Part shown: one piece after another, positions 13,301 to 25,700 of the stretch
How positions within the stretch are numbered: position 1 is the stretch's first letter
Layout of the letters: each line of letters opens with the position of its first letter
From: Laetmonice hystrix
Lineage: Eukaryota
Assembly: GCA_965235115.1 (NCBI GenBank)
Contig: OZ249445.1
Coordinates: 8,060,001-8,124,000 of the forward strand
Direction: 5' to 3'
Length of the DNA: 64,000 nucleotides
Notes under the pieces: generated by a model
The model's input: the letters and a program-made list of their open reading frames with translations, nothing else
Databases searched by the model: none
Told to the model about the DNA's origin: nothing
Made by a program: the position numbers and the translations under genes

Positions 13301-16300
13301 ATGGCACGACTTCAGAGGCTTCCAAAACAGTCGAAAAGGGAAAAAGCAATACGCCTAATAATGCGGCAGACAAGGGCAGCCAAGTTACCAAAGCTGAAGA
13401 TGCTCAAAGCCAGAATAAAGGGAAGACTGCTGTCAGTGGAGATGAAAGCAAGGGCGAGATTCCTGCAGGACCTGGGCCTCCCCCACAGGTGCCAAAGAGA
13501 AGGTCCTTCAAGGAAAAACAGGAAAAAAAGAAGGTTGTTGAAAGAGACAAAAGTCATGCTGCTAAATCTGATAATCCTGATGAAGACCCTGAGATTATAG
13601 CAATGATTGATGAAATCCTCAAATCTACACCACATCCATCCATGTCGTTGTCGCTAAAATCAACAAAGAGTTCCAGTGGTGACCCGGACCCTCCCCGGAG
13701 TGAAGAGGAGCTCCTCAGGATGTCAATCAATGCTAGGAACAAGCTAGAGGCGGAGCTTCAGAACAGCCAGAATGGCCGCATGTTCTGTGAAGTTCCCGTA
13801 CAGCAACCTGACGGTACCATGGCCCCAAGAGAGAAGATGGACAAGGAGAGAAGCCATGAGCAAGGGCCTTTGTCGCCACAGGAACAGGAGGAACTCAAGA
13901 AGATCGTGAACAGCCTCCGTAAAATGGAACTCACTGTTGGCTCCGACCAAACACTTGATTTCCACCAGGACGCAAAACTAAAGACACAGGCAAAGAATCA
14001 GGACAGCCAAGATTCCGCCCCAACATCGTCTTCCAGAGATAAATCTGGCACCTTGGACCATAGCAGTACCAAGAAGCCGCCCATACCCCCCAATGCCACA
14101 TCTTCCTCAGGAAAACCTTCCCAGGAGAGTTCTCCACCAATGGCAATGGACAAGTCCCCGAGGTTCATCAGAAAACTCAACAGTTGGAAGGACGACAACC
14201 AGAAATATGCAGTGCCTCCAGGTGACAGTGCCAAGGAACCAAAGGTAAGAATGGTTTAGGCACTCAATAATGTATCAACTGTGAGAAATTTCCAATGAAA
14301 ACGACTTCTGGCAGTCATTTGTACGCATTCATAGAAACTGCTGGCCCGTTTCCAGGTCGGATTTGCGATACCTACCACATTTTATTGGTCATGTCTCACT
14401 GCAGCAAAGAGATTTCCTGGGCCCTGGGAAGGAAATCTTTTGCATGACATGCTTATGTACGTTTCTAGCTAAATTTGGTACTTCTCAACAATGGCCCGAA
14501 CTTCAATCACGTTTTCTCAAGAGTCCAAGATAAATCCAATCCTATACGAGCTCCTATGGTTTAACCGTTCTTAGAGGCCAAGTGATTCAAATTGAGCATG
14601 AAGAGAAAACTGCAATAAACTGGTTAACAGTTGTGTTCAGAATAAGGTGACTCGGAGGGGTGGTAAAATACTGTTGTAGACACGCAATGCGTGCCAGCGG
14701 CCAGCTACTGGTATATAAAGGTGTGTAGCTCTCGGACCAATTAGTCTAGAGTTGGCAGAGGTTGTGGGAGCTAGAGTTTGGAAGTGAAGCAGAATGGAGA
14801 GATTGATGGATGATTACGATGGTGTGTACGAGCGGTTGAAACCCCTTCGCTGGGAGCGGAGGGACTCAGGGTTCTGTGACTCTCCCGACCTGCCTGACCT
14901 CAGCACCTGGGTAAGTGTGGGTTGGTATGGACGACTCACCAACAGCCAACGTTATATGAAGGCAGTTGGTTCTGGTGGAGAAACGTGCCGCAAACAGACA
15001 AACTGACAAATTTATCACACGAGACACTGAGGGATAGCTGGGTCTGAGCTCACCATGAGCAGTTCACCACATGATTTCCAGCCAGAGATTACTGTAGTCT
15101 GACTGTTGCTGCATTATGTTCCAGGATTCCGATACTTTGACTGATCTGTCACTGGTACACTCAGAGATTAACTCTGATACTCTGAGCGTGGCTTCTGGAT
15201 TCACGGATCGTGACGACAGTATGGTTCCTACCGACGGAAGGGTGCGTGTCAAACACTTACTCACCATCACATTGTATATCGATCATCAACCTACTAACAC
15301 AGACAAGTCAATACATCCTGCCTTAATTGTCAGTTCACTCGGCATGTTTCCATATTTAAATCTCTGCCCAAATTTCCTGGCAATATTCTATGTAGTACCC
15401 GTACGACACTAACCCTCTCCTTTGCTGTGCTAAGTTAAAGTTTCTGACATGTGCTCGTCCTCGACAGATGCTGACCAGTCGGCTGGGCAGGCCCAGCTCG
15501 GTATGCCGTGCTGCTAGTGCTGCTTCAAACATCGATTCAAGCTCGGACGAACATATCCAGACGATACAGTGGAAACGAGGCAACATGCTCGGGAAAGGGG
15601 CTTATGGAAAGGTATGCATAACGTTCACTGGTCTGGAAGAGAAGCGGCCCTATTTCACAACTTCAAGTAACAATATTCATTTTTCAAACCAATGCTAACA
15701 ATACCTGGTAAATGGTAATTGCAGGTATGGTGTGGGCTGACCAATGGTGGCGAGCTGATAGCAGTCAAACAGATAGAACTCAACATCAACGACATGGAGA
15801 AGGCCGAAGTGGAGTATGAGAAAATCCAGGAGGAGGTCGAACTCCTGAAAACTCTCAAGCACCGAAATATTGTCGGGTACATGGAATTTTCATACATAAA
15901 AGGAAATGTGTTATTGAATATATGGCAGTATCCTACACTAAACGTTTCAGTACTTTGAATAATAATTATACAAAACAGCTATATTTACCTTCTTTTCATA
16001 AATGTTTGATATATGTGATATTTTAACATAAACCAAACAATCACTAAGGTATTCTAAGGACATGAAATATAACACCTCAGGCATTAGAGAAGTTATCCTA
16101 ACTGTGTTACGGTTGACTGGCTAACGGTTGACTGGCTAACAGTTGTGGACATTGCACTCAGTGAACCCTCAATGACTTTCTCCAGGTACCTGGGCACCAG
16201 CCTGGAGGACAACATGGTGAGCATCTTCATGCAGTTTGTGCCCGGAGGCTCCATCGCCAATCTGCTGGCCCGGTTTGGTGCCCTGGAGGAGGAGGTTTTC

Positions 16301-17285
16301 TGCCATTACACCAAACAGATACTGGAGGGCGTTGAATACTTGCACGCTAACAACGTTATCCACAGGTGAGCCAATACTCCAGTAAGCTGGGTCCTTCAAC
16401 TACCAGGAGTAGACTGCACAGACCGTGTGATGGACAGATAGTGAGAGATTTGGATCCCATGGTGCAGGCACACTTTGTGTATGCTCATTTCTTGAAATTG
16501 ACCAGTGAAGTGTGACTTCTCACAATCTCGAGATCTTTGTTTTGCAGGGATATCAAGGGAGGAAACATCATGCTCATGCACAACGGCATCATCAAGTTGA
16601 TTGACTTTGGTTGCGCCAAACGACTGTGTTTGAATGTCAACGCGCTCAACAGTAGCAACAGTAACCTGCTTAAGTCTATGAGAGGAACCCCATACTGGAT
16701 GGCTCCAGAGGTTGTCAAAGAAACCGGCTACGGGACCAAGTCTGACATCTGGAGCATTGGCTGTACCGTGTTCGAAATGGCAACAAGAAAGCCACCATGG
16801 TATTTATTTCATGTTCATATATCCTGGTACATCGTATTCAATAATGTGTTAATGACCAGAGAAAATCCCAGGCCATGTTGAATTCTGTAATGAGGTAACT
16901 TATTATAGGATAGGAACTCTTTACGGGGTAGTCGCACAGGACAGTAGTTGTATCATCCCATTGTAACCGTATTGTGATCTGAACGGATAGGCCAACCAAA
17001 CGCTATTACTGCGAGTAGTATATCAAAATGAGAGTTTTTATCAGGTTACTGGGTCTACTACCTCTGGTACTAATAGTCTTTTTTTGTACCACTAGGGCTG
17101 ACGTGCCACCACTGGCCGCCATCTTCGCCATTGGCGCCGACCGGGGGATTCCTGAGTTACCTGGGAAGTTCTCAGGAACCGCCAGAGACTTCGTGTCCCA
17201 GTGCATGACTAGAGACCAGAATTTGCGACCGACCGCCACCGAGCTTCTCACACATTCATTCATTGTCAACAAAAAACGAAAGTGA
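3..17285 (+). CDS. MAP3K19: Ankyrin-repeat-containing MAP3K19/YSK4-like STE-family kinase (multi-exon, 5' end outside window)
   Basis: Phase-compatible GT-AG exons: <3-119, 516-644, 1856-2044, 2225-2382, 2558-2673, 2961-3100, 3251-3529 (ankyrin repeats, e.g. GNTPLIWAAKRGH, GRTPLHYVS, FTPIHCASQSGNVDVV, GTTPLHISAINGH); probable linker exons near 5391-5439, 5635-5711, 7689-7787, 8091-8254, 8504-8599, 9180-9220, 9440-9650, 9850-10043; large low-complexity exon 10246-14247; then 15125-15241, 15468-15611, 15725-15876, 16186-16365, 16548-16799, 17096-17285. Kinase motifs: LGKGAYGKV, IAVKQ, HRDIKGGN, DFG, GTPYWMAPE. WKRGNMLGKGAYGKVWCGLTNGGELIAVKQIEL closely resembles the MAP3K19 kinase start. Confidence 0.85.
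645..1670. repeat. 29-bp minisatellite (~35 copies, consensus CACAACCACAATCAACCACCATTCTCAGA) in an intron of the kinase gene
   Basis: Tandem units are directly visible. The 349-aa ORF 637-1686 repeats every 29 aa (3 x 29 bp), as expected for a 29-bp unit read through all frames. Confidence 0.95.
14712..14910 (+). promoter_or_regulatory. Putative internal TATA promoter and alternative first coding exon of the kinase gene
   Basis: TATATAAA at 14712-14719; ATG at 14794 with an in-frame TGA at 14785; 39 codons ending in TGG|GTAAGT at 14910, phase 0, compatible with the exon at 15125. Confidence 0.55.
15468..17285 (+). CDS. MAP3K19: Ser/Thr kinase domain exons of the MAP3K19-like gene
   Basis: Five exons join in frame to give a complete kinase domain (Gly-loop, VAVK-type Lys, HRD, DFG, APE) ending ...FIVNKKRK* at 17285. 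Confidence 0.92.
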
Positions 17286-19490
17286 TGGAGGAAACACATA
17301 GGATCTCATATTTTCTGTTCGTTCACCTCTGTTATATTACATGAGAGATGTGGCCTGTGGTAACACTTAATGGAACGGATATACACGGATATAGTGCGAA
17401 GACATAAGGAAGCACGACTGATTGGGCATATTTTGTTAAGCTCAAAACATGGTCTTTATCCTTAACAAAACAGCTGTGTCAGTTCCAAATGGTCTACACC
17501 ATCCTGGCTAACCAAGGCTGGTAGTCTTCTATGATGAGAAGATGTAACAAATATAACTATGTTACAATTATAAACATGCCAAATGGCAGCATTTCAAGGA
17601 TTTAAAGGCAGAACAAACTCAAGAGGCCCTGTAAAGGTCAACTGCACGGTGGATGGTACAAAAAGAATTGTAGTCAGAATTTTTACTTTAGTTTCCTATT
17701 CAAGAACAAACATTTATGTTGTCAGAAGCTCAATTGCCAGTCAGTGTATACATCATACATGTATGTATGTGCATATGCATGCTAAAACATTTCAAATATG
17801 ATGGCTGTCCAACTCATTTGTTGCTATATGTATGCATAATTTTGCTGTAACTAAAAGATGACGTGTCGTTTGTTGATAGAGCTGTGTTGTTTTGTTCCAG
17901 GATGATGAGATTTCTGTATGTAAATGTGAGGTTTCTGTATGTAAATGTTTGAAACGTGAAACTGCTGATTGCGACCCTTGGATGCTTCAGCATAGCAGTT
18001 GAAACCTATTCTGTAATTACCGGTACTAACAAAGCTGGTTGAACGTCAACATTCCATGTGGATCACCCGATATCAATGTGGTATCCTACACAAGGAACGG
18101 ATTTTACATAGGACAAAAAACAAAACGATTATGAAACCACTGGCATATCTACCTAGGCGTATGGTAAGACAGAGTGCCAACAATATTAAAAAAGTATTTT
18201 TCCAACCCTGCAAGAGATGCTAAGGCCATTCCTCGAGATAGTATTACCGCGGTACGTGTAGTATTGGTGTACCGGTGCACATTTGTAGTTGCTAAAGAGT
18301 TACCCAGTACTTAATTGGACGTTTCTAATGGTAGAGATTTTGTGCATTTAAAGAAAGTTGTCATAAACTGTTATAAACTAAGTATGGCAGAACTTGAATA
18401 AAAATGTAAGCACTGTCTGCATGAAGGCTTTGTCTGAATGTCCGAGGCAGATCATGGCAGACACATCAGGTGAGTTATGAGAGCCCTGGAAGACCCTACC
18501 TACGATAGCCAGATGTCAAGTACAATGTATTGGGTGCAGTAAAAAACGGTGTCAGAAAATGTCCGGGGTAAACGTATGGCAGACGTGACGTGAAAAATTT
18601 AATGCTCATTGTTATTTGTTACAAAACGGTGACGTCTTTCATATGTGGAGCGGCTATTTGAAAACCACGTTTTATGATAGGGTAAATAGAGTGAAATATT
18701 GAAAACCTATGCCAATGTTACAGCTGTTAATGTTAATGTTATGTAGGCCCAACAAGTTCAAGCTCATTTATCTTTTGATAAATACACGCAAACTTTTTCC
18801 TCATTATTCAACAGGGTGTCCGAATACTTTGAACGCCCTGTCCTAGATCTGTCCGGGTTACCTCGTACTGAATTATAACGATTTTTCTCATCCGATGTCG
18901 CATTTCAAACAACCTCTTCTACATTTAAAAAAAACACCTGTGATATAAAATATTTAACAAAACGCCTAAAAGTACATGGGAACATAAAATCTTTCAAAGA
19001 AGTTCACTTGGATCAGGCTGTTATGCGTTGGAACTGTTTACTTCTAGGTGATCCCCATGGCAAAATGTTAGGACCAAGGTCTGAAAGTGAACCGACTACA
19101 CATCATGTATACTATACAATGACCATACAATAGTGTATAAATGTAAATATTGAGGAGAAAGAATTTTGTAATAAACATACGTTTTGATTATTCCTGTCTT
19201 CCTTCACTCAGTATTTTACCCACCATACCCAGTATAAATGAATACAAACCAAGTCTCCAGTTAATTTGCCCTGGGGAAGATTTCCTTTTGACGAAAACAA
19301 ACTCCAGAATGAAGTGGGACGCTGGGTTTTTATGATGTGAAAACGGAGGTGGAAGAATAAGAGACAGAGACCAGATTTTCCATCAGGTACATGTGAGGTG
19401 TAAAATTCTTTACTGGAAAAAAAGATGAATCAGACCGTCTTCGTCTTCAGGACAGATGAATGTGTGCTGAGTACAGCACTGTTTGACTTA

Positions 19491-20351
19491 TATCGGGTGG
19501 ATAAAAAAAAACGCCCCGAACTTTAAACTTCAACATTTCAAAAAGTAATAATTGTAATTCAATGAAATTTTTCTAAATATCAGTTCATGATGTTGTCTCT
19601 TAGTTGTTAATGTTACAACTCAATAGCTTGGATAATATTTCCGTTGCGCTAAAAACAAAAATCATTGTACAAAAGCGTAATGCCGGGCTAAAGCGAGTTG
19701 TAGTCGCACCCAGAGTCCCTGGCCTCACACTAGAGTAGGTGGTCAATCGGTCCCCCGTTTTCACTCCATGCACTGCTCTTAGTCTCTTTTTCCATGAGCC
19801 AATGCACTTCCTGATCTCTGAAAGGGAAATATCTTCCCAACATTGGGAAATACGCAACGTTCTGAATGTGTTGCTAAACGTGATAATGATACGATTTCCC
19901 TTGAACTTCAGGTTACAGTCATGTCGTCCTAATGTTGCAGTTTCTCTGTAGGGTTTGGCACATTAAACATCTGTTTTTCTCTAAAAGTACTAGGAATAGC
20001 ACATATTTTATTATATCTAGTGGTCCACAACATGATACATATTGTAACACATGCAAAAACTAAATATTGAATTTTTTTTACCCAAGGTACAATGCGGTGA
20101 ATCAAACAGGTGTCAAATTGGACATCTGGCAGCTGCATGATATTTGACCTAATTCCGGCATTGCGTTTTTAGACACCGATTTTTGTTTTTAGCGCCCCGG
20201 GATTAATATCAAAGCTATTGAGCTGAAACTTTAACATACCAGAGATAATATGATGAAGTGATATTAAGAGAAATTTTATGGAATTATAATGCATAGTGTT
20301 TGAAATATTAAAGTTTAAAGTTCGGGACGTTTTTTTTTTATCCACCCGATA
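19491..20351 (-). mobile_element. Tc1/mariner-type non-autonomous deletion derivative (861 bp)
   Basis: ~55-bp terminal inverted repeats (TATCGGGTGGATAAAAAAAAACG.CCCGAACTTTAAACTT...), flanked by TA on both sides. Internal minus-strand remnant ISQCWEDISLSEIRKCIGSWKKRLRAV resembles a Tc1-family transposase C-terminus. Confidence 0.85.
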
Positions 20352-20543
20352 TAAGTGCCGAACTTGAGAGCCTTGGGTCTAGAACTGTCAACAATAAACA
20401 TAGAACTATTAACCTATAATACCTGGGCTGACTGAGTTATAGAAGATTGGTTCATCTTTCTCTTAGCATTATGGTCTGCCAGCTGTACTCGTCAGAACGG
20501 CTCGGTTTCTGAGGCCCATGTCTGTTCGACTTCCACTGCTCGG

Positions 20544-20927
20544 TTATTTTATCTTTCCCATCTCATCTAGGTATGCAGCGATCATCTTAGTCTGTAAGAT
20601 TCAAGCAAATACACATGTACACCTTATGAGACCAAACCTATTGTTAATAATATTGACAATATGACTTGGGGCAGATTTCAGTGATAACGTATGGTAATAA
20701 GTATGATAAGTTTGAGTTATCAAAGAACATACCATTGAGTCATCAGTAACATGTTCTTACCCCTTGCATGTAGTTGGTCTTGTTGATTTTCTCATTCTGT
20801 GAGTGGGCGCCGTCGTCGCATGCCCCAATTGGAAGCAGCATGACATTTTTGCCGGTAATCTCTTGGAATGTGAGAGTGACGGGAATACTACACCCCTCCC
20901 GTGTCATGTCAGGGTCCGTCCCATACA
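20544..20927 (-). CDS. CNDP2: Duplicated distal terminal cassette B of CNDP2 (exons 20927-20761 and 20591-20544)
   Basis: Same exon length (167 bp), same phases and intact AG/GT sites as cassette A. Encodes [71 protein letters not shown]. Confidence 0.85.
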
Positions 20928-22370
20928 CTGTCCACACAAATAACGTACACATGTAGGATTATGTCGTATGGGAGAAAAATTATGTATAGAACAAGACTGA
21001 AAGAAAATCACACTTTGACTAAATTGAACTCAGAAAGCGAATGGATACAGGCCTACGGCACTTTGTACAAGGTAATTACATTTTAGCCAGAACGTCTGTA
21101 CGGCATGTAATTACCTCTCCAGTGGGCAATTTTTGGGGTGCATGCCCTTCGGCAGCGACATCTGGTGGAGAGTTTACTCACCAGTTTTAATGGCTGCTCG
21201 ACCAGCCAAGAAATGAGGATGGTTAAAGTCAGTCACCCACGCTTTCGCTCCATGCTGAAGCATGACGCTGCCAGAAATAAAATCATGCCATTTAAACTAC
21301 GTCTACTCATCTGTCAAAAGATGTTACGGACAGTTCTTGTTCCATCATGCATATACATGTATGCAGGATTCCGTCATCCTTTTCCGCCCCATTTTTTCTT
21401 GGGATTTGAATGCAACCTAGGCATATAGAAATCTCTGCACGGTCTCCACTACCGCCCGTGGATAGACTTCAAATAAGATGCGGCATCACTTTAACAACAT
21501 AATGACATATGATAGTGTCAAGGACCTTATTTCTATGAAATAAACTCCCTACTCTAACTTATTTCCTTCTTAGTCTGGCTACTGATGGTTAATCTAATAT
21601 ATGTAAACACATACATAAATTATGTTGAAGACATGCGAGACATTTTGAGTTTACTTAAATTAATCTCACCCTTAGATTGATATCTTGATAAATAAACAAA
21701 ACAAAAAATGTGCGCCTCCGGAGGACTATATTTATTACTCATAACAGTGCATGGTCTGGATGAAGTCTGGACAATTGGCATGGATCATGTTTCAAATATA
21801 GAATCAGGGATAAAGACTAAAGAAATATCTGTACGCGTGTACGGTAGATGGTCTTCTGTGCAAGCAATACCAAACATTATCAGAGATTACTAGTTTCAGA
21901 GATGAATACTCATCTATCCTGGACACCACTGATTAAATGGGGCTAAATGCCTGTTAAAATGTCCAAAAGAAGGCTGGTATCAGTTGGTACGTATAAAGTA
22001 ATTTCTTGTACTTGAAATTCAGAATACCACCTTGAAGAACCCAGTATTTTTACATACTCTCAGAACTAAAACATGAGAATCATCACAGCAATACGACTAT
22101 ACGTCATAAAAGCATCAATATCTTAGCAAAGTCTCCACCTAATATTGGTAGATTATACCGGTAATCAAAGAACTTTTACCTTTGGCGGTGCCTCCGATAT
22201 ATTTCTGTCTCCCCAAACTCTCCCACGTAGTTTAGCAACTACTTGTATTATACTTACTTATAAACCTTGACATGTGTTTTTACATGTGATCGTGATGTTC
22301 ATTACAATGTGAAAGTTTCTTTATTTGGTTGCTTCCATCAGGTTATGATGACGCCTTTTTTAAAGACTAA

Positions 22371-22530
22371 AGGCCGGTTTATAGTCCGTCAGCCGACCAT
22401 CGGCCGACCATCGCTCGACGTCAGGTCAAAGTTCACGCAGGCTTAACTCCCAGCGATCGGTCGGTCGACGGCCGGATCGCTGGACTATAAACGTTCAGCG
22501 ATGGTCGGCCGACGGACTATAAACCAGCCT
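22371..22530. mobile_element. PIF/Harbinger-type MITE (160 bp)
   Basis: ~32-bp TIRs AGGCCGGTTTATAGTCCGTCAGCCGACCATCG / CGATGGTCGGCCGACGGACTATAAACCAGCCT with TAA on both flanks. Confidence 0.85.
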
Positions 22531-22712
22531 TAATACTCGTGAAGATGTCAAATCTCTGTTTAGGCCATGTTTATTGGTAAACTGCTGCCTTTAAGATATG
22601 GGAACTATTATCTTTGCATGTATCGCCCTCGCAACCATCGATTTATGCAGCACCCAGACGGGGATGTCCACCCATTTGCCACAGCACTGATATGATCTGC
22701 CGTCGCATGTCC

Positions 22713-25700
22713 TTATATCCTTCCCATTTCATCTATATACGCCGCCAACATCTTTGTCTGAAAAACACGAATGTAACAAATCCTTGGAATGGAAGAAAGG
22801 TTGGATCTTTTTGGAGTCATTCTAGATATGAATCACTTAAAAAGTGTCAGTCTTACATTGACTATGCAATAAGACACATCACAAGTGCCGTAGCTATTTC
22901 TCTGTGGTATAGAAAACACCCACCCCCTTTAGGTAGTTGACTTTGTTGATTTTCTCGTTCTGGGAGTGGGCACCATCATCACATGCTCCCATTGGCAGGA
23001 GCATCACGTTCTTGCCGGTGAGATCTTGGAAGGTCAATGTCACAGGGATGCTGCCTCCTTCTCGGGTCAAGTCTGGCTCCACACCGTACACTTGAAAAGG
23101 AACCAAGTCCATCTCAGGGTTCATTCCGTATTTCACCTATCCAGGGTTCATATCATAACTATATGCACAATACTGTTTCTCGATTTCGCAAAATAATGTC
23201 TCTGAATTTGGTACTTATCAGAAACATTTTACTTAAAGGCAATTTGTACTCTGTTTTCTATATTTGGGAGTATAAGTCTATTCAGTTTTCATTTTTGGCC
23301 ATCACTCATCATTTTATGTTCACGATCGGTGTTTCATATACATGTATTTCATTTTAAGTAGACGTTGCCAAGCTCACCTGACTTGGTCGCCTTGCGACCG
23401 ACTTGGAAGTGTGGATGGTTGAAGTCTGACACCCATGGCTTCCCTCCGTGACCCATCGACACTCTGTCACAAAGTACACAGATACACAATACATGTACTG
23501 GCAACTACAACTACAAATATGGGCTAGAGCTTTACTTCGTCAACTGTGCCAGGGGCTCTTCAGTACTGCTTTATTTTCATAGACTCAAACACAATATATT
23601 ATGTCAAAAAAAATTTTCTATTTACCTGTCTGCGTGTGCCTTTTACATCGTCTTCTTTTAGGAAAATGACAATCAAACAGCGAGAGCCATAGCATCTCTT
23701 GTTCGCGAAAAAATGCCTGCTTATCTTCCCTTTTGAAACCCGCCTTCATTTTATCACACAACTACTGGTACAACTCTGGCATGTCGGCCATGGTAAAAGT
23801 CATCTGATAGGTATCTTTCTTATGTATCAAAAGTGATGAGGATTAGGCAACACAATCGTGAACATTTGGACATGACATAGCAAATGAGCAGGAAAAGGGG
23901 ACTAACACACAGGAAATTAGTTCTGAAAAGGGCCTATTATTTCTATCAGAATCAAGGGAAAAAATCCACTCACGTCATGGGGTTTGGGCTGCCCCGGTCC
24001 TTGTGGACTTTTTCTAGGAAGGTTTTCACCTGGGCCTCCACGTCCTCTGGGGTCATGTTGGGGACAATACGGACGGAGAACTTGCCAATAACCTTCCTGG
24101 GAATCACTGTCTTGGCACCTGTCCCATCAAATGATCCCTCAATACCTGAAAGTGTACCAAATCCTAAATTAGAACACTCATTAAATCTCTAACATCTCCA
24201 GGTCATCCACTGGCCAAAATTATGTAAGTACCAGTATGTGACAACTGCATGATCCCCCGTTTTTCCTGGTCAATCCGAAGAATCTCTTCACACTGCTTCC
24301 TCCCGAAGTGATCTATTTTGGGCAGAATCCAGTAAGTGACACCTACCATGCAAGGAGAGCGAGGGGAAACGCCATCTGTTCATGAGCAGCTCCTCCTTCG
24401 TTGTCTTGGTGAGGGCCTTGTGGTCCAGGTCAGCCCTGAAATCCTCCATGTCAAAGTCAATGGCCTTGTACAGTTTCTTCTCCTCGTCCGTGACAGGGGC
24501 CACAGAGTCCATTATTCCTGGGATGAGGATGTTACCCTTGGAATCGGTCATTGAACCCATCAGGGCAACCAAGTCGTTCATAGCCTCGTGTCTGTATCAA
24601 TAATCATGCCAATATTAGAATTGATGGCTTCTTCCTGCTTCCCTTTTTTCAGGGGTCACTTTGAACCAACTTTGACTCATATCAAAAGAATCTGAAACCA
24701 TGTGCAGATCTGCCTAGGAATTTTCAAATCTGTGTCAGAGTTAGAATTCTGATTGATTTTAAGTTCTTTCCCAATCTACTCACACTGATCCTCCAAAGAC
24801 TCCTGAATGAAGATCCTTGCAGGCACACTGCACCTCCAGGAAGAAGTAGCAGATTCCCCTGAAGGAAAAAAAACATTACAATCCAGGTTAATAGACTACA
24901 GTACTTTCTATAGGACTCCTTTCAGCAGCAGATGAATAAACATAACCCATAAGTAAGAATATAAAAAGCACCTTCATGTCACGTGTGCACAAACATATAT
25001 GAGGACCTTGGATTTCTGGATTCAATCTTTGTCATAATCTCGGTTGATGAACGGACATGAACTGAAAGACTCCACTCTTATGTACAGCCATTCTGGTACT
25101 CACATTACACAAAGAATTGTTGAAATACATGACAAACCTGAGACCATATGTAATGCAGGGCTTGTTCTTTCCCAGCCAGTAGTTATCAGAAATCATCACA
25201 TAGTCTACATCCTGGAATAATTAGGTACAAGTTTATCAATTATTACATCCATGTTCATGACATCACTTCTTGAAAACTACAATAAATTAAATCAAGTTTT
25301 GGTTGGTTGGATAAAAATGGACAAACTGACCTTGAGGAATGTTTCTTTCCGTGAAGCCAGAAGGTCATCCAGACCTTCAGAACCACTCTCCTCCATACCC
25401 TCAAAGCAGAACTGTAAGATAATGATGAGTACCGGTATGTGTAATCTTACAGGGAATGTACAACACATGATGTAATAAGGTTGACTGGCCAACAATTCTA
25501 TAATTGGCATTCCTAAATCATAATTGTATGATACTTGGAGTTCTTAACTATAGAATGCTGCCACTAATACAGAAATATGTATGTTTAAAATTTGCTATAG
25601 TTATCTAAGGAGATTAGTGGAGGTCTCATAAAAATGGATAATTTAGATAAGATCAGATCTCAGTGTCAAATCTTACCTTGAGATTGATGGGGATCTCCCG

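Noticed and set aside
10392-14234. Numerous antisense and alternate-frame ORFs over the giant kinase exon
   Set aside because: Shadow ORFs of a long low-complexity coding exon with no recognisable domains.
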